DNA of 64,000 nucleotides from Dimorphilus gyrociliatus (lineage: Eukaryota; Animalia; Annelida): positions 4,298,179 to 4,362,178 of the forward strand of contig CAJFCJ010000002.1 of assembly GCA_904063045.1 (NCBI GenBank). The letters run 5' to 3'. Made by a program: the position numbers and the translations under genes. The notes under the pieces are model-generated. The model was not told the DNA's origin and did not search any database. It saw nothing but the letters and a program-made list of their open reading frames with translations. Each line of letters opens with the position of its first letter. Position 1 is the stretch's first letter. Of this stretch, positions 13,690 through 25,938 are shown one piece after another.

Positions 13690-14900
13690 TTACTGAAGAG
13701 GTCGCCACGCTTCCCAAAAAACATATTAGTGTATACACTCTGCTTGCCCACTTCAACTTTTAACCTTGACCGACTTTTTTTTAAAGATTCTTCGAATCAA
13801 ACTTTTTTCTCGAATTCGATTGGCTAAGAATCTGATTACATAAGAATTATTGCATAATCAACTGGTGACATTTTTGGGGGGCGCTCTGAGTGTTTACCTG
13901 GTTAGAAGCTGTTTGGGCAGCATTGGATGAGGAACAGCCGTCTCTCTACCAACTCTCCTCTTGCATCAGGCTATCGATGGCTTTCAAACAACTTTATTAT
14001 CTCATTGTCTTTGCGCTTTTGCCAATGGCACTATAAGAATTCGCGAATGTGATTTTACAATTGATGGCGAGTTCTTTTAGGCCAGATGTGAAAGCTGCAA
14101 GAAATCTTCTTTACGAGCTCTTTTCCCTCCCTTCTCCCACTTCAAGGAGACTACTTCAAAAGAAATTTAACCATCTTCTTTAATTAATAAATTGTAGTTA
14201 GAATAAAGTTAGGAAAGAGACAGAATTTGAGAAAATAAATTTGAATCACTCATTGACCCATCAGTGACCCCTTAAACCTGTTTCAGGTTGAAACCCTGCT
14301 GTTTGACTTTCGCGGAGTCAACTAGACGCGTATATAGTCCCAATTTTTTTTATCAAGATAGTAAAGCTAATCCCTACTAATTCCCTTTATCTGAAAGAAG
14401 ATAGTTTGCTAAATTACGTAGATATGGTAGAGTTGAGCTTATGTAATGTTATCTCATATATGGTAAAAATGTGTTTTAAGAGCAGTCGATTAAATATATG
14501 GCAAAATAATCTACAAAAAGCATGACGCTTAATAATAGAAGTTAAGCGAAGCGTAAACAGAAGGATGTTCATAACGACCGTCTCTTTTGTGGAATTGTTA
14601 CATTGTTGCTTTTCTTCCTTTGTGACTGAAATTGGCATGCTATTCTTAAGCATAGTCTTACAAATGTTTCGAGTGAAAGTAATTTTCATTTCTTGCTCTC
14701 ATCTCATCTGAATCATTGTCGGTCATGGCATTAAATAAATAATGATATGATGAGCTGCTGTGTCACAGCAAGTTCAGGTATTGTATAGAAGTAATCGTGC
14801 GTAGAGGGAATGTTCGCGAGCGTTTAGACACGAGAGGGCAAAGGGTAAAATGATCTGCTTCTGTCCATAGATTCGCAGAGACATATAAATATACTCAATT
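13690..14900 (-). mobile_element. Possible degenerate retroelement/TE relic (GC-enriched island, stop-interrupted coding-like frames)
   Basis: GC is visibly higher than in the flanks. The minus frame 'AFTSGLKELAINCKITFANSY...QVNTQSAPQKCH' loosely resembles Gag/ORF1 but contains several stops. No LTR, TIR or TSD was identified. Confidence 0.25.
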
Positions 14901-15365
14901 ACAGCTTTATTATTGATAATATTGAAGCAATAATTTTTCTAAGATACTCAGCTTAAGCAATCTTCTGTTAGCCTTGTACCAAATAATGACCAACAATAGG
15001 TATCTCTACCTAATTATTTGATTAATTAAAATTGAATTTTCATCTTAAATTTTCCTAGACTTTTATCTTGGGACTTTTTTTAGCATGATAAAAATAATTG
15101 AATCATTTAAATACAAATAAATCACTTTAAATTTAAATTTGTTCATTACTTCAGATTGTAATCACATATTTTAGTAATTTTTGTATCTTTTATATATACA
15201 AAAAAAACTTTCTAAACAAGACGCGGTAACAAGTCTCTTCCAAACCGTAGTTTAGTTAACCCGAAAATATTTTTGACCAATCCCGAAGTTCTGGTAAATT
15301 TAAAAAAAACCGTTGCACTCTTTAAATTCGTAATTTCTATATTTGTAGCTATTATAGCTAAAAAG

Positions 15366-16544
15366 ATGTTAGATTTAGACTCATTACGTTATAATGATTT
15401 GCAAACTTTGGCCAAGCAATTTGGTATAAAAGCCAATCAAAAAGTAAGTAAGTTTGTATTTGTTTTCCATCCTTTAAAAACGAAAAATATATATCTTTTT
15501 TAGGCTGTCAAACTAAAAGCAGTCTTGAAGAAGAAATTAGAGTCAATTGAGGATGAAGACAAAAATGAATTACTCAATAAGACATTTGATATTACTGATG
15601 ATGAGGATATGGATACCAGCACTGCTACAGGTAAGCATATACCTGCTTCAATAAAAGCCAATTTTATAGTTATTTGTATTATGTAATATCAAAAAGAAGA
15701 GAAAGTCGATATACATCCAGATGTATCAATAGATAAATCGAAAGATATGGATAGAGAAAATGATATAAAAGGTAAAATTTAAGAAAAGACAATTTATGTC
15801 TTTTTCAATACAAATTTCCAAATATTTCTTTAAATTTAGACTTGCAAGAGGAAAGTAAAATAGTCAACTCAGAACCTGGACCATCTTCAGCTACTCCACT
15901 AAAAGGTTAGTCAGTGGTGAAAATGTTTACTACTCGATAATTATACTTTGATCAATCCTATTCTCCTTTTTTGTTGATCCAACAGAGAAAAATGAAACTG
16001 AATCTGCAAATGAACAAGGAACAGGCATGTTTACAAATAAACAAGAAATATTTTTAATCTAATAAAAACTATTCTGTCTCTCATTATAGAATCTTCGATT
16101 ACGAAGAAGAGACCACCCTGTGATCAAGACAAAGTAGCGAAAAGCGCGAAAAAAATAAAAGCTAGACCAGATTTTGCATCTATTCACAGAAAGAATTTTG
16201 ATAAAATGCAGTCAATTGACGATGTCGTGAAAAGACGTGAAGAGCAGAGGAAGAGACTCGCATTAGGTAAATCAGTAGAGAAAAAGATTTTCAAACCTTC
16301 TGTAACGAGTTTAAAAGAAGCAACATTTGATTTTGGAAAAACAACACCAGCTAATTCAACTAACAGTACTAAAATTTTCAAGTTTACCGCTACGCCATCT
16401 ACAGGATCACAGTCATCTCGAAAAAAGTTTAATTTGACGGAATCATTAAAAAAGCCTCTAAGTTACAAACCTCATTGTGGTAAATTGAAACCGTTTGATG
16501 GTAAAAATGTGTACACAACTGCACTGGCAAAAAGAAAGCTATAG
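15366..16544 (+). CDS. NUSAP1: Nucleolar and spindle-associated protein 1 homolog, ~279 aa; exons 15366-15443, 15504-15630, 15697-15771, 15840-15905, 15986-16024, 16090-16544
   Basis: SAP-like N-terminus 'LDSLRYNDLQTLAKQFGIKANQKAVKL'. 'PDFASIHRKNFDKMQSIDD' and 'KFNLTESLKKPLSYKPHCGKLKP' match recalled NUSAP1 motifs. The middle exons are less certain and one needs a GC donor. Confidence 0.85.
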
Positions 16545-16849
16545 AAAATCGCGCTAAATTGTGTTAAAGATTATACCAGACCTATATTCCTAATGAAAAA
16601 CGTATGTTTATCAAAGGATCGAAAAAAACTGTCCTATCTTTTCTATAGCTCAAAAAAACGTTACCAAAAAGAAAGTAATTTTTAGTGGATATTTTCTCAT
16701 TTTCATCTATTTGCAAATAATTATTTGAGAAGTGACATTGTTATTATCATTATCTATTTGTAAATATGTACTGTTATAAGCATTTTTTTTCTTGTGTATT
16801 AGTTCAATATCCAAAGACCAAGATGTAAATATCTAAATAGCTCTTTAAA

Positions 16850-18146
16850 TCAACTATGTTGTTTAATGAATTGAACTATGGATCCTATCAACTGTTTGTT
16901 TTCGAGGCAGAAGTCAACCAGATTGAGAAGAACATGAAATCCTTTGGGATCGTGATAATGTTCCACTTTAACTCCATATTTCTGAAGTCTCCTTAAAACG
17001 AGGAGACCATCGTCCCGGAGAACGTCGTACTGCATTGTTGCGAGAAAAGTTGGTGGAAAGTTTGTGAAATTTTTTAAAAGGATCGAGAATTTATCGTCTT
17101 GGAATAGATATCCGTATTGATCCCAAAATTCTTTGCTATATTCGCATTCTTCGTTTTCTGATAGTTCTTTTCCATAATCATATTTATTAGGAAAATGAAA
17201 ATCTAGTATTTTGGATTGATGCAATTCTTTCAAATAGGAACACTTAGTTTGAAGGTTCTTTCTAAATATCTCCTCCCACTCAAACGTACCAGTCATATAG
17301 AGCGACCAATATTTCGCCATGTTTTCAGTTGGCAATAGATGGTGATTTTCATTGACTTTATAACTAGGTCCCGAAAGACTATACGGCTGAGTAACTGGAT
17401 AGATGGAAATAATTGATCTTAATGAGGGAAGGTGATCTGGTCTGTTAACAAATCTATGTGCCATCTGAATACTAAGGTGCCCCCCGGCACTGTCTCCTCC
17501 AACCATAATTTTCTTTGGGTCAATTTTGAATATTTTTGCATTTTTCATCAAATAAACAATTGCCGCTTCGCAATCATCCTCTGGACCAGGATACTATGAA
17601 AATAATTAGATTTGATTATATAAAGCTAGACAAGCATTTCGTATAGAGTATTTCTGAGATGATAGTTACAAATCAATAATTTAAACAAACTTTATGCTCA
17701 GGAGCCATTTTATAATCTAAGGAAACCGTAAATATTTGCAATTCGTTGAATAATTTCTGAACAACAGGATGATGTGATTTCGGTGAGCCGCTAACCCAAC
17801 CTCCGCCATGGATGAACACGAAAGCTGGACCATTTTCTTCTACTTTATCATTAGTATAGATTCGAACCTTTGTATTATCCCAAGTTGCATCCGTCCAATC
17901 ACGATCTCTGCTGAATATGTCGGATGTAGATGCAAGCGCATTGAAGATAAAGCGTTTTCCGTCAGAAAAAGAGACTAATCCGAGAGAAACACACAAATTT
18001 TGGAGGTCATTGATGCCGCCGTAAATGAATTTAACGATCCTTAAGGATCCAGGTTTTGAAAAACCTGCTGGTACATCAATTCGTTGAACTTCGTAGGCAA
18101 CATATATACCAATGCATATTGCACCAAAGAGGAGTAGTTTTCTCAT
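16850..18146 (-). CDS. Arylacetamide deacetylase / neutral cholesterol ester hydrolase-type carboxylesterase (HSL family); exons 18146-17691, 17593-16850
   Basis: N-terminal signal-anchor, oxyanion 'HGGG', 'SLDYKMAPEHK|YP', nucleophile 'GDSAGG', 'DVLRDDG', catalytic His 'GFHV'. Confidence 0.93.
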
Positions 18147-19961
18147 TCTAATTTCTGCTGTATAGTCAAATATTAAAGTCTATCCTCTATCTTCTAGTAA
18201 ACGAGAAGTAGGTTAGAGAAAATGATGTCCTTTTTAAATTTATTCACAGATAATTATTGATAAGGTACAGACGAAATCAGTAATTTTTTGGCCTACTGCC
18301 TCTCTACTACTGTTTTTTTTTGACCTTAAAAAACCTAGATCTGTTTCAAAAAAGTTCGTATTGATCTGTCGAATAGCGAGTGTTAAACACAATTTTATAG
18401 CTATATATTGTATACAATAATTAACAACCGCTATGCATATGATGTGCTGCAAAAGAAACGCCACTATTAAAAAAATAATTGTATTATCACTCATTGCTGC
18501 ATTCCCCACTATACTTAGTCTCTTCTCCTATAAATTCTCAACTTGATGTCGTCCTTAAACTAATAGTCTTTTGCACTAGATTTACAAGAATAATATTTGT
18601 CAAAAGCCTTTCTTTCATTAGTTTACTAGTTTTCAGGTGTTTGACAAATGAAATATGAAACGCTCAATCTCAACGCTAATGGTTCTTCATTTATTTGTCA
18701 TTTTATTATGTGGCCAGAGATTTAAGAATCTAATTTCTTAATAGCATAGAATCTACAACCAGGAATACACAAATTATCTTTTCCCTTTGTTTATTACGCA
18801 ATCGCTAACCATCTTTCGTTTAATTCTCTAAATATTCGTTTCCCTTAGATGGCGATGCAAGAAGTATAATTTAAACTTTACACCATCAGGTATATGTTTA
18901 AAAGATGGGTGGATGGTTTTTAGTTCATATTTAATGAAAACATTACATTTTTTAAAGAAAAAAAAACAGTTTCTTTAATGTCTAATTCGAAAAGGTGCAG
19001 TTTATTTCTTTGTTACTAAACAATTAGTCACAAATATAAAATAAATTCTTCGTGTTTTTTCTTGGCTCAACAATAATTGTTAATAATTATCATAAGTACT
19101 ATATTTTTCTATAACGATCGTTAAATGACGAAACCGAAACCTGCACAAAAATGACTTCTCATATTGAAATTTAACTGACACAACCTATAGCGAGGTCATA
19201 AAAGAACACAAAAATTGACAAAAACAGTTTACAATAGACAAATTGGTCTTTGGCAATTTTTTAATGATTGGAGCGGAGCAAAAATCAGATAACATTTCTA
19301 GTCAAAATAATGTTACAAAAAACATAGACTGCATATAAATTCATAATTTGAATCTAAAAATATGCAATTCATTAATTTTCACTATATATAATTTTTATTA
19401 AGTGTATGTTGTATAAACACATAACAAGAGAATACTAATGTATAAATGTCACAGGAAGATAAAGGAGCTATGGATAGAGACATATTTTTTGATATTTGAA
19501 AACAACAATTTAGCTCTGCTACTTATTCTTTATTTCCAAGATTATATACAATTAGAAACAATTTCTGTCAGCCCCTTTATTTTCAGTTGCTATTAAAAGT
19601 ATAAGTCATTGTAGATTTGGATATTACTGAGAAAACGTAAATACTTGAGCGGGGAACACATAAAATAACAAACAAACACTTTTCTAGTGTGTTTTTAGGG
19701 AATAAATTATATACTACAAGATAAATAGTTTAATATCAAGGCTAATAATAATCTAAAATGTTAATAATGACTCGAAGTTATGAGTAAAGTAAAAGGAAAA
19801 ATTTTGATAAACAAACCAATAAATATCATTCAGTTACCTATGTTTTCACTTTAAACTGTACAACAACAATTTTCATAAACTTGACTTTTAAAATATGCAT
19901 ATGCGCTTACTAATTTGAAAAATAAAGGCATCCAAGCTATGATTTGATATCATTTAATGAC

Positions 19962-22759
19962 CTAATTTTGGGGGTATACACCAATCTGTGCATTTAAGAT
20001 CTTCATCATAATCCATGTATACAGAGGTCGATATTCAATTTTATCAACTTCATATTTCACTGAATTTAGCCCTTCTTGCTTATATCTAATAGGTCGCCAC
20101 CTATTTGCTAAATAAGCAAATTGAAAAGGAGGATTTCTTCTATCTCTATCATGCTTTATCATCTGATATGAAGAGGCAGTTTTGGGAAATCGTAAAATTC
20201 TAAGTTGTTGTGCAATCACTCTTTTGAACATATCATCATCTTCACCTCCCCATCCCCAAAAGTCATTTGAATATCCATTGCACTGTCGAAATAATTTCGG
20301 TGGCATTGATATAGCTCCTCCAAATATTGCTCTATAGGGAACCCTGCAATATAAATGGAATAGTACCTTTAATGTTTTTTTTGATAAATTTTTCCACATT
20401 TTTTTGCTTTGTACTAAAAATTACAAAACGAGAAATAGTTTCTTCAGTTTTACTATACAGGTTATAACTAGTAGATTTGGACGTTTGTATACATCGTCAA
20501 ATCTAATAATACCAAGTAATATTGTCCTATATAACTTACTAGAAAGGACGTTACTATGACAAAGCAAGTAATAAATCGTAAAAGCTTAGGAATTTGCCAC
20601 AGCTGTAAAAAATCGATGCTTCGAATTATTTATATATTTCAAGGTTTAGAGTTAGTCTCCTTCGTTCTTGGTATTGTAACAATAATAAAGTCTAATTCGT
20701 ATAGACTCCCAATTGCCTTAAGCTATTTGAAAACAAAAGAGAAGGATGGGGTTAAATTTGTTTGTATTATTTCCTAGTTAACCAATACTTCCCTGCAAAA
20801 CATGTTTAGAAGCGTTATAAAAATAACTTAAATAGAAACTACCTGACAGTGTCACAAAGTACAAAGAACTTTGATATAAACTTCATGCTAGACAAAAACT
20901 GTGTGGTCTAGAATTTTATTTACTTCAGTATACCTTAAATAGGTTAATGTGAAAAAATGCAGTAAAGCGTTTTGAGATCTATATAACTAAAGAACGAATT
21001 TTTATTGAATACCTAGTGTGTATGAAAGGTCTCGGACTTTCAACATCCAAGTTACTAAAAGGTTTCACTTTTTCGATAAATGGTTAGCTATAACTTTCGC
21101 ATTCTATCGTATGCCAGAAAAACAACTGCAGGAGACGGCGTACTTTAATCTTTGTATATTTTAATTTCTTTAATCAACACGAGCAAATAAAATAAACTGA
21201 TCTGGACTTTATCAGTTAAAAGCGAAAAAACTCATTATTTTCCCTTAATTAGTCGTGACGTTAAGTGTCAAAGATTTTGATACTGTAGCTGCGGTTGTTA
21301 CCTGCGTAAAATGCTACGTGATGCCACGTTTCTACAGATGTACGACCTAAAGAATATTGATCAGCAAAATAAATATAGAAAGTAAGTTTGCCACCAACTT
21401 ATATTATTAAAACATTAATTAACGTTCGATTAATCAATAAAAGACCAAGTAAACAGCTTTTCACTTTCTTAGTACAATAGGCCCTTATACGAAACTATAA
21501 GAAATGCATTGGAAAACAGGTGAAAAGAAAGGAAGGAGAAATGTATGCTTTACCAAAGAAGGTCGTAAATCGACAGGATAATAGAAAAAGAATCTATCAT
21601 TAAAAGAATAATAAACTTACGTATAATTCCATTTGCTCAAATGGCTACCAACATGTCTAAAGCTTTTACTACAAGCATAAAAATTTCTGTCATCCTCAGG
21701 TAACATATCAACGTCGTGAAATATTATGCAATCAAAATTTCCCAATTTATTCACCTCCAAGAAACCAGCATTCATTATCGCGGCTTTGTTGAATCTCTCA
21801 GGACTAGATTGTTCAACAACAAATATAGTGTAATCCAATAATTGTCTTTGCAGCATCGGATGCAGTATTGATAAAAAGATCTTCAAATGGGCATCTCTAT
21901 CGAGAAATGGAACAATCACAGCTAATTTTTGCCGGGGTTTACAAATGCTTGGCTGCCACGTTCCACCGGCTTTTACAGGTTTACCCGGATCTGGATTCGT
22001 TAGATTTATTGGCCCTTCTGTAAAAATTGAAACATCGTATAAATTAAATTGTAAAGTTACGATATCATTTAAATAAATTATGTATTTAAATTTCGGCATA
22101 TTGTTAAAAAAAGAAATTTTTATTTCATTTAAATTGCACTTACTTAAATATGGTGATACACAGGGGCAGGTATTTGCATGGTCTTTTATTTCACAAATAC
22201 TATCGTACTGCAATAAGAATTCTTGCATCGTCATACTGCAACACAATGTATTAAATTGATAAATGAGTTACTGTGCAGGCAACAATGAATAATTCATAAA
22301 AAAAAGATATCAACCAATAAACTGCATAGATAACATATACAGTATATATACTGCATATATGTATATTAAATACTGAAAATTTATATATACTTCTATACAC
22401 GTTCTCTACATACCCTATGCACCCCTATATATTTATACTACGCTTTTATATAGCTATGCTGATATATCTAATATAAAATTATCTTACTTATCAGGATATT
22501 CATCGATGTATTTTTGAAAGTTGTTGTCAAAATATCTTTGGTTAAGAGGAACTTTAACACTGTCATCGCTAAATAAAACGACTAGAATAACAACCAAAAC
22601 TTCAACACTGAGTATTGCAACCGTGAACAATGCACATGTTCGAAAAGAGCAATCGTTGGCAGAGTTAGAGCGAATTAGGGCTCTTTCGTAAGTGTACTCA
22701 AAACATTGGTGCTCCTTAGGCTCATACTTAATAATCTTATCTTGCATTGGATACTTCAT
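19962..22759 (-). CDS. Beta-1,4-galactosyl/GalNAc-transferase (GT7, B4GALT/bre-4 family), ~380 aa; exons 22759-22488, 22235-22144, 22017-21621, 20343-19962
   Basis: Type II TM, stem 'CPCVSPYLKGP', 'VIVPFLDR', 'FNKAAIMNAG', DxD motif 'FHDVD', 'FGG', 'WGWGGEDDDM'. Exon sum 1143 nt, in frame. Confidence 0.92.
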
Positions 22760-23499
22760 GGATATTCTGTTATAGAAACCATCTATTTCTCGACGATCAC
22801 TCTAGATTTTCCATTTGCTTCTTGCCAATGTAAATCTGTATTATCGCCCTCTGCAATACTATCCAAAGTCAACGGTTCCTGCCTAGTCCTTATATGACAG
22901 AGACACTACTTTACTAAGTTTTCTTACAATCGTTGATAAATTGCGATGTCGTTGGTAAGTGAAGAAAATTTCGGCAAGATGCTAATATAATTCCCTATTT
23001 GGACGTAACTGATATAGTAAATGCAGGTGTCGCCATCTTTGAGTACGTTTTTTTCTGAAACACTGTAGTTAATCATTTGTCCGTCAGGGAAAGTATCGAT
23101 TAATACTTGGTCATGTAAGAAGATTTATGATTAAAAATTGCGTTTACGACCGCAACAGTTAAGAGACGTCGATAAACTGTATCCTTATTTATTTTCTGTT
23201 GATACTTTCTAATGACTTGATGCAGGATCAATAGTTCATGCAATATACATCTATAGACTTATTGTGAAGTCTCAAAAAGTGTTAAAAATCTGTAACCAAT
23301 TTATTTGATGTTAAATCATTGATAGAAGATAGTAAATAGTAATACAAGAATATCTAAAAGTAACATATTTATTATGTTTTTCTAACTTTTCAGGGATTTT
23401 ACAAATAGCCATCTAGTGGTTATTCTTTCGTAAAAATTGATTGAACAAGTGTTCATTTCCCGTCATGTATCGCCACGTCGACTGAATTAGACTAAAGAA

Positions 23500-24728
23500 A
23501 TGTATAGAGGTGTATTCTTCTTTCTATTTGCTAGTTATTTGTTATCAATAATTAACGCTAAAACTGCTGATGGCGAAGGTGGTTATCCAGGCTTTCAATA
23601 TGAATTCAAAGTTGAAGTTGGAGCTGGTAAAAAAGAATGTTTCTATCAATATGTAAAGGAGCAAGCCCAAATGCATTTATCATTTGAAGTGTTGAGAGGA
23701 GCAGACAGAAACGTCGATGTCACTCTAAAGAAGGATAACAGAGTTATCGAAAGTCATATGTGGACTTTTGAGGGTAGTTCTGACATTGACATCACTGAGA
23801 GAGGTGTTTATAGTTTATGTATCGACAATTCCTTCGCAAGATTCTCAAGCAAAGTAGTATACATCTATTTTGTTGCTTATGTTACTGATGAATGGCAAAA
23901 ATATACGGAAGAGTTAAAAAGTTTTCAAATATCAGTTAATAATTTTACGGTAAGTTATTGGTGCTTTTTAACGCCAGCCGTCTGGTATATTGCTTTTTCA
24001 TTTAATTGCGATTGATTGAAGAATGATAAACAAAAAATAATTTGCTTCATTTGATTGACCATAGCGTGATTAACCATCCTAGAATTTATTAAACTGTGCG
24101 AAATTTAGCATACCAAACTTAAGTATTTACATTCAAAGGCATCTTATCTATTGCTTGCTAAATCAATTACTGTATGTATCAAAATTGATTGTTAATAATT
24201 TAATACTCTCATTCTAAAAATGGTTCATTATCTATAAAAAAAACAGAAAACTTTCAACTTTCTTTCTACTAGTTTAAGAAAAATGCACATCTATCTTCAT
24301 TCTTTTAGTAAAAGTTCAGAATCCGACACAAGATTATTATCTCTGAGTGCTGAAATGGTTGACTTCTATTCCTCTATGTTTGTCTTTGTTCTTATAAGTT
24401 CAGCAGTCATTCAAGTATTTTTTGTCAAGGGATTCTTCAATCAATTTTCAGTAATAAAAGTTTGAGATAACATTAAATAGTTTATGTTTATATTTGACAG
24501 AGAAGTGCACGAAGTGTACAAGAGGCTTTACAAAAAACCAAAGCTGAATTATTTGAAAAAAGAAAAATTGACATGTACCATATGTATTTGATGATTGATA
24601 CATCTTGGTCAATTAACTTTTGGTCTACAATATTTTTAATTGTACTAATATGTACATCCGCTCTACAAGTTTTCTTCGTGAGGCGACTATTTAAAATTAA
24701 TAAGCTACCAAGCGTACCCCGACCTTAG
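23500..24728 (+). CDS. TMED: p24/TMED cargo receptor (gamma-like GOLD domain); exon 1 23500-23949 splices to terminal exon 2A (24247-24465) or 2B (24501-24728)
   Basis: Signal peptide. GOLD domain 'FKVEVGAGKKECFYQ...GVYSLCIDNSF'. Phase-0 donor ACG|gtaagt. Both downstream phase-0 acceptors open frames encoding coiled-coil + TM ('...QVFFV(K/R)') + tail + stop. Confidence 0.9.
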
Positions 24729-25207
24729 ATGGCATAGACTGATGTAAGACTTTATTCTATGAAGTTAGGAATTATAAAATTACTAACATTCTTGGGTGCC
24801 TTGAACAACTTTTTATGAGTGGGTGTTTTTGCGAGATTTCGAAAAAACCACCCCATTTTAGAATATTTACTTTCTATCAAGATAACTGCTCATCTCTCTT
24901 CTAATTTATTTTAATACAACTTAAGGCGTTAGGACCATCCAAAATTCATCACTCACACAATTTTAATCATCAATTTATAATGGCTTCAAACACAAATCAA
25001 GTTAATAAAAAATAAAAAATGAATAATAACATTAGCTGAAAATTGATAGACAACCTGATATTGAGAATTGGCTATTTTACGAAAAATGGTAAAATATTCC
25101 AAAAAGTATACGTGTCTATAAACTAGTTAACTACAATAACACTAATGATTTTTTTATCTCGTAATCGTATCTTATATAAAACAAAAGGGATTTAATAAAA
25201 AGATCCA

Positions 25208-25826
25208 TCATATACAGACATTTTCTTGATCCTGCATAGCTTCATCGACATCTCTCATCAATTTCTTATGCACCATTTCTCTTGGCGTCATTGATCCTTG
25301 AACAACCTTAAATGGAGAACGGCTAGATATCTTCTTCCTTTTAAATTTTCGTTTTGGCGTCGGTGAATTTGAAGCTGAGCTCATTTTCTTCTCAAGAGTG
25401 AACGATCTATTTGGAAAATGATAGTAACGGTTACTTGTTCCAACTTTCCACTTAGATTGGATTATGGTTTTTATAGAGTATTTACATTTATTCGTTGTTA
25501 TTATTGAGAAATATATTTGCTTATACTTTGAAATAATACTAAGTGTGGTAATATAACCGCTTTTAGTAAGGTACTAACCTATTAAGCTCGGGATTAGATC
25601 GAGACTTGTGGATTTCATAGATCGGGGTTCTTGCAAAGCTAGCACACGGTGATCTTGGATCTGAGATCATTTCTGGAGTTTTCTGAACTTCAATTGGTGT
25701 TCTTTGTATTTCCAAAGAAGGAGAACGTGGGTCGAAAGCTGGATTAACCGACCGATAATTTCGTGGCGTCGAATATACTTCGTTCGGGAGAGATTCTGTA
25801 AATTCCTTAACACTCTGATTCCCCAT
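25208..25826 (-). CDS. CDCA3: Cell division cycle-associated protein 3 (Tome-1) homolog, ~148 aa; exons 25826-25579, 25406-25208
   Basis: Duplicated 'DPRSP...RTP' motif (DPRSPSLEIQRTPIEV; DPRSPCASFARTPI), N-terminal MG, C-terminal KEN-like 'DQEN'. 447 nt, in frame. Confidence 0.8.
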
Positions 25827-25938
25827 AATTGCAATTGTTTTAATATCAGCTATAGATCCTTCTTAGTCGATTAATTACTCTCTAGAAGTCCTGAAAATGA
25901 ATAAATTCTAAAATATTTAAATATGTTTAAAGTTGTTG

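Noticed and set aside
14747-14860. ATGATGA C-box-like motif followed by palindrome tgctgtg-t-cacagca
   Set aside because: No D box (CTGA) at a suitable distance and no terminal stem, so not supportable as a snoRNA; no hammerhead CUGAUGA/GAAA core.
18636-18889. Plus-strand mini-exon-like segments (signal-peptide-like MKRSISTLMVLHLFVILLCG; ag|41 nt|gtatat at 18849-18889)
   Set aside because: Could not be joined into an in-phase ORF; both short frames stop quickly.
19130-19140. ISRE-like GAAACCGAAAC
   Set aside because: A single short motif with no immune-gene context or supporting cluster.
22790-22900. Protein-like minus-strand frame TRQEPLTLDSIAEGDNTDLHWQEANGKSRVIVEK upstream of B4GALT
   Set aside because: Bounded by stops, out of frame with the B4GALT ORF and lacking a phase-compatible splice; treated as 5'UTR.
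23178-23190. GTATCCTT (U12-type donor consensus) upstream of TMED
   Set aside because: No matching U12 branch point (TTCCTTAAC) or exon context.
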